A stretch of DNA of 39,911 bases from a virus (taxonomy: Duplodnaviria > Caudoviricetes), in the IMG/VR virus record IMGVR_UViG_3300042355_000002, positions 1 through 39,911 of that record. One strand, written 5' to 3'. Shown here in pieces: positions 1 to 7,768 of the stretch. Every line of letters starts with the position of its first letter. Within the stretch, counting starts at the first letter, position 1. Made by a program: the position numbers and the translations under genes. The notes under the pieces are model-generated. The model had not been told where the DNA came from. It did not search any database and saw nothing but the letters and a program-made list of their open reading frames with translations.

Positions 1-1
1 C

Positions 2-970
2 GTCAAAGACTACGGTCCTCAGGAATATCCCTACGACATTCCGGGTAAAGAACTGACCGCGCAGGACTTTGATGATCGGATCGATATCGTTCCGGTTTCG
101 GACCCGAATGCCGGTACGATGGCTCAGAGAATCATGAAGTACCAAGCCGCGCTGCAATTAGCAGGCACGGCCCCGCAGATGTACAACATGCCGCTCCTGC
201 ATCGTCAGATGCTGGACACTCTGGGAATTGCCGATGCGGCGCAGATTGTTCAAACACCAGAGGAAGTTCCGCCGACCGATCCGGTCACCGAGAACATGAA
301 GGTGTTGAACAACCAACCGATTAAGGCGTTCATCTATCAGGACCATGAGGCTCACATCCAGACTCACATGTCGTTCCTGCAAGATCCGAAACTGCAGGGA
401 ATGATCGGTCAGTCTCCGAATGCCCAAGCCATGCAGGGTGCGCTTGCTGCCCACATGGCGGAGCATTTGGCGTTTAAATACCGCATGGAGATCGAAAAGG
501 AACTCGGGGTCAAACTGCCTCCGCCGGGGGAACCGCTGCCGGAAGATGTGGAATACCGCATTTCCCAGTTGGTCGCACCGGCTGCAGCCCAGTTGCTCCA
601 GCGCGATCAGGCCGAGGCCCAGATGCAGAAGCAGCAGCAAGAGGCTCAAGACCCGGTCCTGCAGATGGAGATGCAGAAACTGCAACTTCGCGCACAAGAG
701 ATTCAGCAGAAGGCCGAGGCCGATATGGCCAAGATCCAAGCCGATATGCAGAAGGCTCAGATGCGTATGCAGTCCGAGCAGGAAAGACTCAAGGCCCAAG
801 AGCGCATCGAAGGTGCGCGTCTCGGGGTCCAGATCGCCAGTACCAACACCCAAGCCGAACTCCAGAGCAAGGAAATTGCCTCGCGGGATCAGGTCGAAGG
901 GGCCAAGTTGGGTGTACAGATTGCACGGGAACTTCTGAATGCAGACCGAAAGCCACCAAAATCTCGCTGA
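2..970 (+). CDS. Portal protein, C-terminal part (5'-truncated)
   Basis: The frame is open from base 2 (VKDYGPQEYPY...QDFDDRIDIVPVSDPNAGTMAQR). This DFDDRxDIxPVSDPN segment and the Q/E-rich coiled-coil tail are typical of podovirus portals with a barrel domain. It lies directly upstream of the head genes. Confidence 0.8.
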   Translation, partial: VKDYGPQEYPYDIPGKELTAQDFDDRIDIVPVSDPNAGTMAQRIMKYQAALQLAGTAPQMYNMPLLHRQMLDTLGIADAAQIVQTPEEVPPTDPVTENMKVLNNQPIKAFIYQDHEAHIQTHMSFLQDPKLQGMIGQSPNAQAMQGALAAHMAEHLAFKYRMEIEKELGVKLPPPGEPLPEDVEYRISQLVAPAAAQLLQRDQAEAQMQKQQQEAQDPVLQMEMQKLQLRAQEIQQKAEADMAKIQADMQKAQMRMQSEQERLKAQERIEGARLGVQIASTNTQAELQSKEIASRDQVEGAKLGVQIARELLNADRKPPKSR

Positions 971-1139
971 TTACCTCCGTAAGGCCATCCGTTATCAGAT
1001 GAATGAGATGACGGATCACATCGCAGGGGGTGCCTGCGTTGACTTTGCGGATTACAAACGCTGTTGTGGTGTCATACATGGCCTCGCCTTAGCAGAGCGA
1101 GAACTACTTGACTTAACAAAGCAAATTGATGACGATTAA
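939..1139 (+). CDS. Small hypothetical protein (66 aa, helical)
   Basis: ORF overlapping the portal 3' end. Its Y-x3-CG-x-I-x-GL pattern is typical of the small gene between portal and co-chaperonin in this kind of phage. Confidence 0.65.
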   Translation: MQTESHQNLADYLRKAIRYQMNEMTDHIAGGACVDFADYKRCCGVIHGLALAERELLDLTKQIDDD

Positions 1140-1201
1140 ACATCTCCGCGTTTTGCGGTGCGCGTGACTCCGGGCACGTTTAAATCCCGGTGCGAGGAAA
1201 T

Positions 1202-1549
1202 ATGTCTGAAAAACTAGCGAGTCAGTTACCAAAACCCACTGGTTACAAACTGCTCATTGCACTTCCTGACCCTGAGGAAAAGACCGAAGGCGGGATTATC
1301 AAGGCTTCCCAGACTCTTCAAGCCGAAGAGATCGGAAGCATCGTCGGGTTCGTCCTAGAGATGGGGCCTGATGCATACCAATCCCAAGAGCGATTCCCCA
1401 CAGGACCGTACTGTAAAAAGGGAGATTGGATCATGATGAGATCCTACTCCGGTACGCGCTTTAAGGTTCATGGCAAAGAGTTTCGTTTAATCAACGACGA
1501 CAGCGTAGAAGCCGTAGTCGAAGATCCAAGGGGCGTGGCAAAGGTATGA
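1202..1549 (+). CDS. groES: GroES/Cpn10-like co-chaperonin
   Basis: KPTGYKLLI...EEKTEGGII mobile loop, VLEMGPDAY, KKGDWI..YSGTRFKVHGKEFRLINDDSVEAVV. GAGG SD at 1194-1197 before the ATG at 1202. Confidence 0.9.
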   Translation: MSEKLASQLPKPTGYKLLIALPDPEEKTEGGIIKASQTLQAEEIGSIVGFVLEMGPDAYQSQERFPTGPYCKKGDWIMMRSYSGTRFKVHGKEFRLINDDSVEAVVEDPRGVAKV

Positions 1550-2532
1550 GCGAGTTACAGACATCAAAGGAAGATAAGTTCTTCGGGGTCTCCTATCAGG
1601 TGGGTGCGCCTGAGCAGGGAGAAAAGCCGGTTCCCGCCGATGAGGTGGAACTGGAGATTGTCGATGACGCTCCGAAAAAACCGGTTCGTGCAGCCGAAGC
1701 CTCAGAGGAAACTGATGAGGAATTGTCGTCTTACGGCAAGAAGGTTCGCGACCGCATCAACAAGTTGAAGTACGAACAACACGAGGAGCGCCGTCAGCGT
1801 GAGGCTGCGGAGCGCATGCGTGAGGAAGCGATCCAGTTCGCACAGCAACTTGCACAAAAGAATCAGCAGTACGAGAACCTCATCCAGCGCGGTGAGAGTG
1901 CCCTTGTTCAGCAGATCAAATCCAAGGCAAGTATTGCCCTTGAGCAAGCCAAATTCCGATACAAGGAAGCCTACGAGCAAGGCGATGCTGAAAAGATTAT
2001 CGCCGCTCAAGAAAGTCTGTTGAACGCACAGACGGAGTTTCGGGAGGCTGAAAAGTACGAGCGTACCCTTCAGTCTCGACCCAAACCCCAACCGCAAGAA
2101 ATGGCGGTTCAACAGCCGGTCTATCAGGCACCTCAAGCACCCAAGGTGACTGAGAAGACCGTTGCATGGACACAGCGGAATCCGTGGTTCGGAGACCCGA
2201 AGCACCTGAAGATGACCGCTATGGCCTATGCCACTCACGAAGAACTGGTCCGATTCAAGGGCGTACAGCCTGAGACGGAGGAGTACTTCCAAGAAATCGA
2301 CGCTACCATGCGTTCGCACTTCCCAGACTACTTTGGTTCGGACGATGTGCAGGCCACATCCACCCCTTACCAAAAGCCCCCCTCCACGGTCGTAGCCCCT
2401 TCCAACCGAAGCAATGGTGCGAAACCGCGCAAAATCCAACTGTCTGCCACACAAGTCTCCCTCGCTAAGAGACTTGGCCTAACCCCTGAGCAGTACGCCA
2501 AACAACTCATTAAGGAGAGTTCAAATGGCTAA
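1546..2532 (+). CDS. Putative capsid scaffolding protein
   Basis: Acidic N-terminus, long coiled coil, NPWFG motif and C-terminal LAKRLGLTPEQYAKQ. Located between portal and capsid genes, with an ATGA overlap. Confidence 0.65.
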   Translation: MSELQTSKEDKFFGVSYQVGAPEQGEKPVPADEVELEIVDDAPKKPVRAAEASEETDEELSSYGKKVRDRINKLKYEQHEERRQREAAERMREEAIQFAQQLAQKNQQYENLIQRGESALVQQIKSKASIALEQAKFRYKEAYEQGDAEKIIAAQESLLNAQTEFREAEKYERTLQSRPKPQPQEMAVQQPVYQAPQAPKVTEKTVAWTQRNPWFGDPKHLKMTAMAYATHEELVRFKGVQPETEEYFQEIDATMRSHFPDYFGSDDVQATSTPYQKPPSTVVAPSNRSNGAKPRKIQLSATQVSLAKRLGLTPEQYAKQLIKESSNG

Positions 2533-2971
2533 TGAGCGCAATATTCGTGTAGACCGGCAGGCCGAGGCTCGTCCCAACGACACTTGGTTGCCGCAATCAT
2601 CGCTTCCGGTCCCTGAGCCGAAAGATGGCTGGGTATTTCGCTGGATTCGAACCTCTTCGCGTGGACTCGCAGACAACACCAACGTCTCTCGCCAATTCCG
2701 CGAGGGCTGGGAACCTGTGAAGGCAGAAGATCATCCTGAGTTGAAGATCCTCTCCGACATCAATTCTCAGTTCAAAGGAAACGTCGAAGTCGGTGGCTTG
2801 CTGCTTTGCAAGGCCCCTGAAGAGAAGATGAAGGCCAGACAGAAGTACTACCAAGAAGTTTCGGACAGACAGATCGAAGGCGTTGATCGCAGTTATCTGC
2901 GAGAAAACGACCCGCGCATGCCGCTCCTTAACCCGGAGCGTTCAACGCGCACAACCTTTGGACGTGGTTGA
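2525..2971 (+). CDS. Hypothetical head-module protein (148 aa)
   Basis: AGGAG SD; motifs GWVFRWIR, REGWEPV and GGLLLCK; head-module position. Confidence 0.7.
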   Translation: MANERNIRVDRQAEARPNDTWLPQSSLPVPEPKDGWVFRWIRTSSRGLADNTNVSRQFREGWEPVKAEDHPELKILSDINSQFKGNVEVGGLLLCKAPEEKMKARQKYYQEVSDRQIEGVDRSYLRENDPRMPLLNPERSTRTTFGRG

Positions 2972-3012
2972 TCTACAATCAATCTGTTTAAACTTTTTGT
3001 GAGGTAATTCAA

Positions 3013-3861
3013 ATGGCTTCTGGAACGAATGTTTCGGCCCCCTACGGGCTGAAGCCGATCAACTTGATCGGCGGACAGGTGTTCGCGGGTTCGACCCGTG
3101 CCCTGCCGGTTCAATATGGTTATGCCACGAACATCTTTTACGGCGATTTCGTGAAGGTGCTGCGTGGTTCTGTGACTCGCGCTGCTGTGTCCACGGGCAC
3201 GGACTCGGCGCAGTTTGACGGTATCTTCTTGGGTTGCGCTTACACCGACCCTGTTACGAAGACCAAGCGGTTCTCGCAGTACTGGCCTGCTTCGACGCTG
3301 GCTGGCGATGCGATTGCCTATGTGGCTGATGATCCGGACACCGTATTCAAGGTCGCTGTCTGCTCGTCGGGAACCACGATGGCTTCGGGCGCTGTCGCCA
3401 TGATCGGTGCAAACCTGTCGATGGTGAACAACACGGGCGACGTGAACACGGGTAACTCCAAGAATGCGGTTCTTGCTCCGACTGCCACTCCGGTCACCAC
3501 GGTCCTCCCGGTCCGTTGCGTGGGCGTGGTGGAAGACACGGCGTTTAGTTACACCGCGACGGGTTCGTCCACTGGTGCCAGCATCACCCTGACGGGTTCT
3601 GGTCTTCCGGCGGCGATTCCTGTGGGAACCAGCGTGGCTTACTACGCTTCGAATGGTCAGTTGATTGAGACTGGCTCGTTCGTTGATGTGGCTGCTGCGG
3701 CTGGTGCCACGACTGTAGAGTTGAATGCTGCGGTCGCGGTTCCCGGTGGTGTCACGGCGATTCCTTCTGCTTCGACGATTGTGTTTACGGTGTACCCGGA
3801 GGTTCTGGTCAAGGCCAATCTCCTCGTCCATGCGTACTACAGCAGCACGTCGGGACAGTAA
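3013..3861 (+). CDS. Putative head decoration/minor capsid protein
   Basis: GAGGT SD; beta-rich, A/T/V/G-rich 282 aa (APYGLKPI...IFYGD...VADDPDTVF); strong codon bias; immediately before the MCP. Confidence 0.6.
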   Translation: MASGTNVSAPYGLKPINLIGGQVFAGSTRALPVQYGYATNIFYGDFVKVLRGSVTRAAVSTGTDSAQFDGIFLGCAYTDPVTKTKRFSQYWPASTLAGDAIAYVADDPDTVFKVAVCSSGTTMASGAVAMIGANLSMVNNTGDVNTGNSKNAVLAPTATPVTTVLPVRCVGVVEDTAFSYTATGSSTGASITLTGSGLPAAIPVGTSVAYYASNGQLIETGSFVDVAAAAGATTVELNAAVAVPGGVTAIPSASTIVFTVYPEVLVKANLLVHAYYSSTSGQ

Positions 3862-3887
3862 GGTCACGGTTTAAGGAGATTTAGAAA

Positions 3888-4796
3888 ATGGCTATTTCAC
3901 GCGCACAAATGTTGAAGGAACTCCTGCCGGGGCTTAACGCGCTCTTCGGTTTGGAGTATGCCAAGTATGAGGACGAGCATACGCTCGTCTATGAGACTGA
4001 GACCTCGGAGAAGGCATTCGAAGAGGAAGTCAAGTTGTCCGGTTTTGGTACTGCCCCGGTTAAGGCCGAAGGCGCTGCCATTGCTTACGACAACGCTCAG
4101 GAGGCTTTCACCGCTCGTTACAACCACGAGACGATTGCCATGGGCTTTTCGATCACGGAAGAAGCCATGGAGGACAACCTCTATGACCAACTTTCGGCTC
4201 GTTACACCAAGGCTCTCGCCCGTGGTATGGCCAACACCAAGCAGGTGAAGGCAGCGGCCCTCTTGAACAATGGCTTCACGACCTTCCAGTCTGGCGACGG
4301 TGTGACCCTGTTCAGCACGGCTCACCCGCTCGTCTCTGGTGGCACGAATGCCAACCGCCCGACTGTCGGTGCCGACCTCAATGAGACCTCGCTTGAAGAC
4401 GCAATCATTTCGATTGCGAACTTCGTTGACGAGCGTGGCCTCCTCATTGCGGCTCGTCCCCGTCGTCTCGTGGTGCCGTCGCAGTTGATGTTCGTTGCCG
4501 AGCGCCTCATGGAGACCACTCTCCGTACGGCGACTGCCGACAACGATATCAACGCGATCCGTAACATGGGCGCTATCCCGGAAGGCTATGCGGTCAACCA
4601 TTATCTGACCGACACCAACGCCTTCTTCATCATCACCGACGTACCGAATGGCATGAAGCACTTCGTCCGTACGCCGATGACGACGAGCATGGATGGCGAC
4701 TTCGATACGGGCAACGTCCGTTACAAGGCTCGCGAGCGTTATTCGTTCGGTGTCTCGGACCCGCTTGGCATCTATGGATCTCCGGGTTCGGCCTGA
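3888..4796 (+). CDS. Major capsid protein (Mu-like gpT family, HK97 fold)
   Basis: Strong AAGGAG SD; 302 aa with SEKAFEEEV, GFSITEEAMEDNLY, DGVTLFSTAHP, LVVPSQL and DFDTGNVRYKARERYSFG; followed by an intrinsic terminator. Confidence 0.85.
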   Translation: MAISRAQMLKELLPGLNALFGLEYAKYEDEHTLVYETETSEKAFEEEVKLSGFGTAPVKAEGAAIAYDNAQEAFTARYNHETIAMGFSITEEAMEDNLYDQLSARYTKALARGMANTKQVKAAALLNNGFTTFQSGDGVTLFSTAHPLVSGGTNANRPTVGADLNETSLEDAIISIANFVDERGLLIAARPRRLVVPSQLMFVAERLMETTLRTATADNDINAIRNMGAIPEGYAVNHYLTDTNAFFIITDVPNGMKHFVRTPMTTSMDGDFDTGNVRYKARERYSFGVSDPLGIYGSPGSA

Positions 4797-4837
4797 TATA
4801 TATTCAGGCTGTCCCTAGAGAGAGTCGGCTAGCACTG

Positions 4838-4873
4838 GGGGCTACGGGGGTAAAATCCTGTAGCCCCTTTTTT
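4838..4873 (+). terminator. Rho-independent terminator after the MCP
   Basis: Stem GGGGCTACGGGG (4838-4849)/TCCTGTAGCCCC (4856-4867) with two G-U pairs, a 6-nt loop, then T6. Confidence 0.85.
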
Positions 4874-4874
4874 A

Positions 4875-4903
4875 TTGACTGTTTAAATCTGTAGGCGTAT
4901 ACA
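4875..4903 (+). promoter_or_regulatory. Candidate sigma70-type promoter
   Basis: TTGACT (4875-4880), 17 bp spacer, TATACA (4898-4903), immediately after the terminator. The spacer begins with GTTTAAAT. Confidence 0.45.
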
Positions 4904-4910
4904 GACAGAG

Positions 4911-4984
4911 TATTCGGGAAAAATCGTGTATCAGACAGGCCCGACTGACGACATGCAGACTGATACACACACTCGCATGTGAGG
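4911..4984 (+). ncRNA. Structured RNA element, probably the Mu-gpT-DE motif
   Basis: Three perfect complementary pairs in interleaved order: TCGGG 4914-4918/CCCGA 4940-4944, GTGTATCAG 4926-4934/CTGATACAC 4960-4968, ACATGC 4951-4956/GCATGT 4975-4980. It lies 3' of a Mu-gpT-like capsid gene, which is the context described for Mu-gpT-DE. Confidence 0.6.
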
Positions 4985-4991
4985 AATTGAA

Positions 4992-5210
4992 ATGGCTCGT
5001 ACTACTTTCTCCGGCCCGGTTAAGTCTGACAATGGCTTTGAGGGCAATGTCGTTGGTGATTTGGTTACTGCCACGACTCTCGTCATTGGAACCACGACGA
5101 TCACCGCTGGCGTTGCTACCGGTTCGGTCTCGGCCCAAGTTGGCTATATCCCGGTCAAGATTGGATCGACCACGAAGTACATCGCGCTGTATTCCAGCCT
5201 GACTCCGTAA
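4992..5210 (+). CDS. Small virion-associated protein (72 aa)
   Basis: GAGG SD; MARTTFSGPVKSDNGF N-terminus typical of the gene after the MCP in this type of phage; T/G-rich beta character. Confidence 0.7.
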   Translation: MARTTFSGPVKSDNGFEGNVVGDLVTATTLVIGTTTITAGVATGSVSAQVGYIPVKIGSTTKYIALYSSLTP

Positions 5211-5215
5211 GATTT

Positions 5216-5240
5216 TTAAGGGGGGCGAAAGCCCCCTTAA
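5216..5240 (+). terminator. GC-rich GAAA-tetraloop hairpin (weak terminator or stability element)
   Basis: AGGGGGGC-GAAA-GCCCCCTT inverted repeat flanked by TTAA in the intergenic region. It lacks a clear U-tract. Confidence 0.45.
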
Positions 5241-5257
5241 CCTAATGGAGATTCAGC

Positions 5258-5839
5258 ATGCAATACGATGTATGGGCGGTCAGCCCGGATTCTAACGACG
5301 ACTACTTCTTCGCCTCTGGTTCCGCCAGTGGAACCCTGAGCCTGTTGGCCAATGATGTTGGTTTAAACGGCACAGGCTACAAGGTCTCCATTACCTCCAG
5401 CGGTGTGGACTCCAACAAGACCTTCACCATTAGCGGTGTCGTGGTTGGCGCTGTGGGTTACGACGGTGTGGTCACCGAGTCAGTCACTGGCCCGAGTGCC
5501 GGTGTGGTGTACTCAACGAACTATTACACCCGAGTCAACTCTGTAGCGATTAGCGCCACCTCCACCGGCAATATCAAGATTGGATATGGTGGTGATCTAG
5601 CGTTCCCGCGAACCCGCATCAAGGGTGTGTATTTCGTCAGCAATGGCTCAAGCGGTTCGATTGTCTTTACCGCAAAGCCAAGCAATAAGGTGATCTTGAA
5701 CTTGGCAGTTCCCAGCGGAACCTTGTCTCAGGACATCATGATTCCGCCAGAAGGTATCCTGACCACCAAGAGTGGTAATGGTGACTTCGCGGTGATGACC
5801 CTCACCAATCTGACCCATGCCACAGTTATCTGCGGGTAA
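5258..5839 (+). CDS. Hypothetical structural protein (193 aa)
   Basis: GGAG SD; beta-rich S/T/G/V composition; C-terminal RTRIKGVY...IPPEGIL. Confidence 0.65.
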   Translation: MQYDVWAVSPDSNDDYFFASGSASGTLSLLANDVGLNGTGYKVSITSSGVDSNKTFTISGVVVGAVGYDGVVTESVTGPSAGVVYSTNYYTRVNSVAISATSTGNIKIGYGGDLAFPRTRIKGVYFVSNGSSGSIVFTAKPSNKVILNLAVPSGTLSQDIMIPPEGILTTKSGNGDFAVMTLTNLTHATVICG

Positions 5840-5842
5840 GTC

Positions 5843-6124
5843 ATGGCCAAAGATCCGGTCCTTAAACGTATCGGGGTTGCTGGCTACAACAAGCCTAAGC
5901 GCACCCCTAGTCATCCCACTAAGTCCCATGTGGTGGTGGCTAAGTCTGGCGATCAAGTAAAGACGATTCGCTTCGGACAACAAGGAGTCTCAGGTTCCCC
6001 GCGAAAATCCGGGGAATCTGAGTCCTACCGAAACCGACGTGAATCGTTTAAAGCCAGACACGCTAAGAACATTTCCAAAGGCAAGATGAGTGCAGCCTAC
6101 TGGGCTGACAAGGTTAAGTGGTAA
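5843..6124 (+). CDS. Small basic protein (DUF5754-like)
   Basis: K/R-rich; KTIRFGQQG...RRESFKARH...SAAYWADKVKW signature. Confidence 0.65.
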   Translation: MAKDPVLKRIGVAGYNKPKRTPSHPTKSHVVVAKSGDQVKTIRFGQQGVSGSPRKSGESESYRNRRESFKARHAKNISKGKMSAAYWADKVKW

Positions 6125-6130
6125 CCGGCC

Positions 6131-6385
6131 ATGGAAATGATGATTTGGAACATGATTCTGACCTTTATCGTGGCGATTCTAGGTTGGGTTGTGAAAGACA
6201 AGTTTGCGGAATTGCAACGCCTTGGCATTCTTCTCAACAGAACCCGAGAGGAAGTCGCAAGGGATCACATTACGAGAGCCGAGGTCCGAGCAGATTCTCA
6301 GATGCTGCTTGACCGACTGGATCGGCTGGAACAAAAGATTGATCGCATAGCAACCAACATGGCTACAGGTGATCGTCGTGGCTAA
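6131..6385 (+). CDS. Membrane-anchored coiled-coil protein (84 aa)
   Basis: N-terminal hydrophobic helix (IWNMILTFIVAILGWVV) followed by LDRLDRLEQKIDRI heptads. Confidence 0.65.
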   Translation: MEMMIWNMILTFIVAILGWVVKDKFAELQRLGILLNRTREEVARDHITRAEVRADSQMLLDRLDRLEQKIDRIATNMATGDRRG

Positions 6386-6563
6386 AGCCAAAAGCAAAGT
6401 AAACGCAGCCGGTAACTACACCAAGCCCGAGATGCGTAAAGCATTGTTCAACCAGATCAAGGGTGCTGCTGTGCAGGGAACCAAGGCTGGCCAATGGTCA
6501 GCCCGTAAGGCACAACTGCTTGCCAAGAAGTACAAGGAGAAGGGCGGTGGATACCGGGACTGA
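6378..6563 (+). CDS. Small basic protein, DUF5872-like N-terminal half
   Basis: GTG start with AGGTGA SD; NYTKPEMRK...GTKAGQWSARKAQLLAKKYKEKGGGY. Confidence 0.65.
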   Translation: MAKAKSKVNAAGNYTKPEMRKALFNQIKGAAVQGTKAGQWSARKAQLLAKKYKEKGGGYRD

Positions 6564-6960
6564 TCTTGAGTTATTCAAGGCGCAGGTCCAAGCCGAACTA
6601 AATCGGCTTGAAGCCAAGTCGTCTGCCAAGGAAGTGGCCGGTAAAGCCATTGGTAAAGACGGACTCAAGTACATCACCGTCATTGTGGTGATCGGTGTTG
6701 CATCCAGTCTGGTGCTGGATTCAGACAAGATTGCTGCTGTCATGGGCCTTCTTGGCGCATCTCTGACGGCGCTTATCTCCATGCTCAATGGCATTGCTGG
6801 AGCCAGCGAGAAGGAAGAGAAGCCAGAGTTTGCCGTTATCAAGGAACTCATTGGCAAACTCGACAAGTTAGATCGTAAAGAGCAGCCCATGAAAGTGGAT
6901 GTTGAGAACGGCCATGTCACTGTCACCAAGGGCGACGATGTCGTTAAGGCCAGTCGATGA
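6547..6960 (+). CDS. Two-TM membrane protein (137 aa)
   Basis: GTG at 6547 preceded by AAGGAG; hydrophobic segments YITVIVVIGVASSLVL and IAAVMGLLGASLTALISML; ATGA overlap with the next gene. Confidence 0.6.
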   Translation: MDTGTDLELFKAQVQAELNRLEAKSSAKEVAGKAIGKDGLKYITVIVVIGVASSLVLDSDKIAAVMGLLGASLTALISMLNGIAGASEKEEKPEFAVIKELIGKLDKLDRKEQPMKVDVENGHVTVTKGDDVVKASR

Positions 6961-7205
6961 AGTCACCGCAGCAATCCTTGAAGGCTTGGACTGCTCAGAA
7001 ATGGAGAACCAAAAGTGGTAAACGATCTTCTGACACGGGCGAAAGATATCTTCCAGAGGCTGCGATCAAGGCTCTTTCCCCAGCCGAGTACGCCAGAACC
7101 ACCGCTGCCAAGCGAAAAGGTAAAGCGCAAGGAAAGCAGTTTGTACAGCAACCCAAAGGCATTGCTGAAAAAACGCGCAGTTTCCGCCAAAAAGGCAAGG
7201 GCTAA
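6957..7205 (+). CDS. Small basic protein, DUF5872-like C-terminal half
   Basis: QQSLKAWTAQKWRTKSG...GERYLPEAAIKALS...GKQFV. Confidence 0.65.
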   Translation: MKSPQQSLKAWTAQKWRTKSGKRSSDTGERYLPEAAIKALSPAEYARTTAAKRKGKAQGKQFVQQPKGIAEKTRSFRQKGKG

Positions 7206-7217
7206 GGAGAAGAAGTA

Positions 7218-7454
7218 ATGGCGATTTCAAGAGCAAACATGAGCCAGCAGATTGAGAAGCCGGGCAAGGTTCGCAAGGTGATGCGCGAGTTCAAAGAAGG
7301 AACTCTGCATTCCGGTAAGAAAGGGCCTGTGGTGAAGAACCGCAAGCAGGCTGTGGCTATTGCTCTCTCCGAGGCTGGCATGAGCAAGCCTGAGAAGAAA
7401 GCAGTGGGTGGTCGTATTGATGGCTGCGCTATGCGCGGCCTTACGAGGGGATAA
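7218..7454 (+). CDS. Small basic protein (DUF6496-like)
   Basis: AAGGAG SD; KVMREFKEGTLHSG...RKQAVAIALSEAG signature; C-terminal GGRIDGCAMRGLTRG. Confidence 0.7.
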   Translation: MAISRANMSQQIEKPGKVRKVMREFKEGTLHSGKKGPVVKNRKQAVAIALSEAGMSKPEKKAVGGRIDGCAMRGLTRG

Positions 7455-7456
7455 TC

Positions 7457-7768
7457 ATGATGAAAGGAATGGGATTGCTCTCTTCCCTCATGGGAAGAAA
7501 GATGGGCAAGATGAACGGCAAAGACTCCAGTGTCTCCATCACTATTGAAAAGGAGATGGATGAGTCTGATGACATGATGGGGGGCGGTATGACCAAGTAC
7601 GCAGAAGGCGGCAGCCTTAAGATGGTAGATAAGGGCGGCCAGAAAGTTCCGTTCTTTGCTGCCGATGGGAAAGGTAAAATGATGGCCGGTGGCCCAGTCA
7701 AGTACGCCAAGGGCGGACGCATTGACGGCTGCGCTATCAAGGGCAAGACCAAGGGCACCTACCGGTAA
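7457..7768 (+). CDS. Small M/K/G-rich protein with repeated xAxGG motifs
   Basis: GAGGGG SD; YAEGG, MMAGG and YAKGGRIDGCAIKGKTKG; TAATG coupling to the next gene. Confidence 0.65.
   Translation: MMKGMGLLSSLMGRKMGKMNGKDSSVSITIEKEMDESDDMMGGGMTKYAEGGSLKMVDKGGQKVPFFAADGKGKMMAGGPVKYAKGGRIDGCAIKGKTKGTYR

Noticed and set aside
4791-4809. GCCTGA/TCAGGC hairpin over the MCP stop, suggesting readthrough or frameshift extension
   Set aside because: No slippery heptamer was seen, an in-frame TAG follows within a few codons, and a terminator lies just downstream.
4914-4956. Hammerhead ribozyme (CTGACGA and GAAA are present)
   Set aside because: Stems II and III cannot be formed around these core motifs in any permutation I could build; the observed pairings give a different topology.
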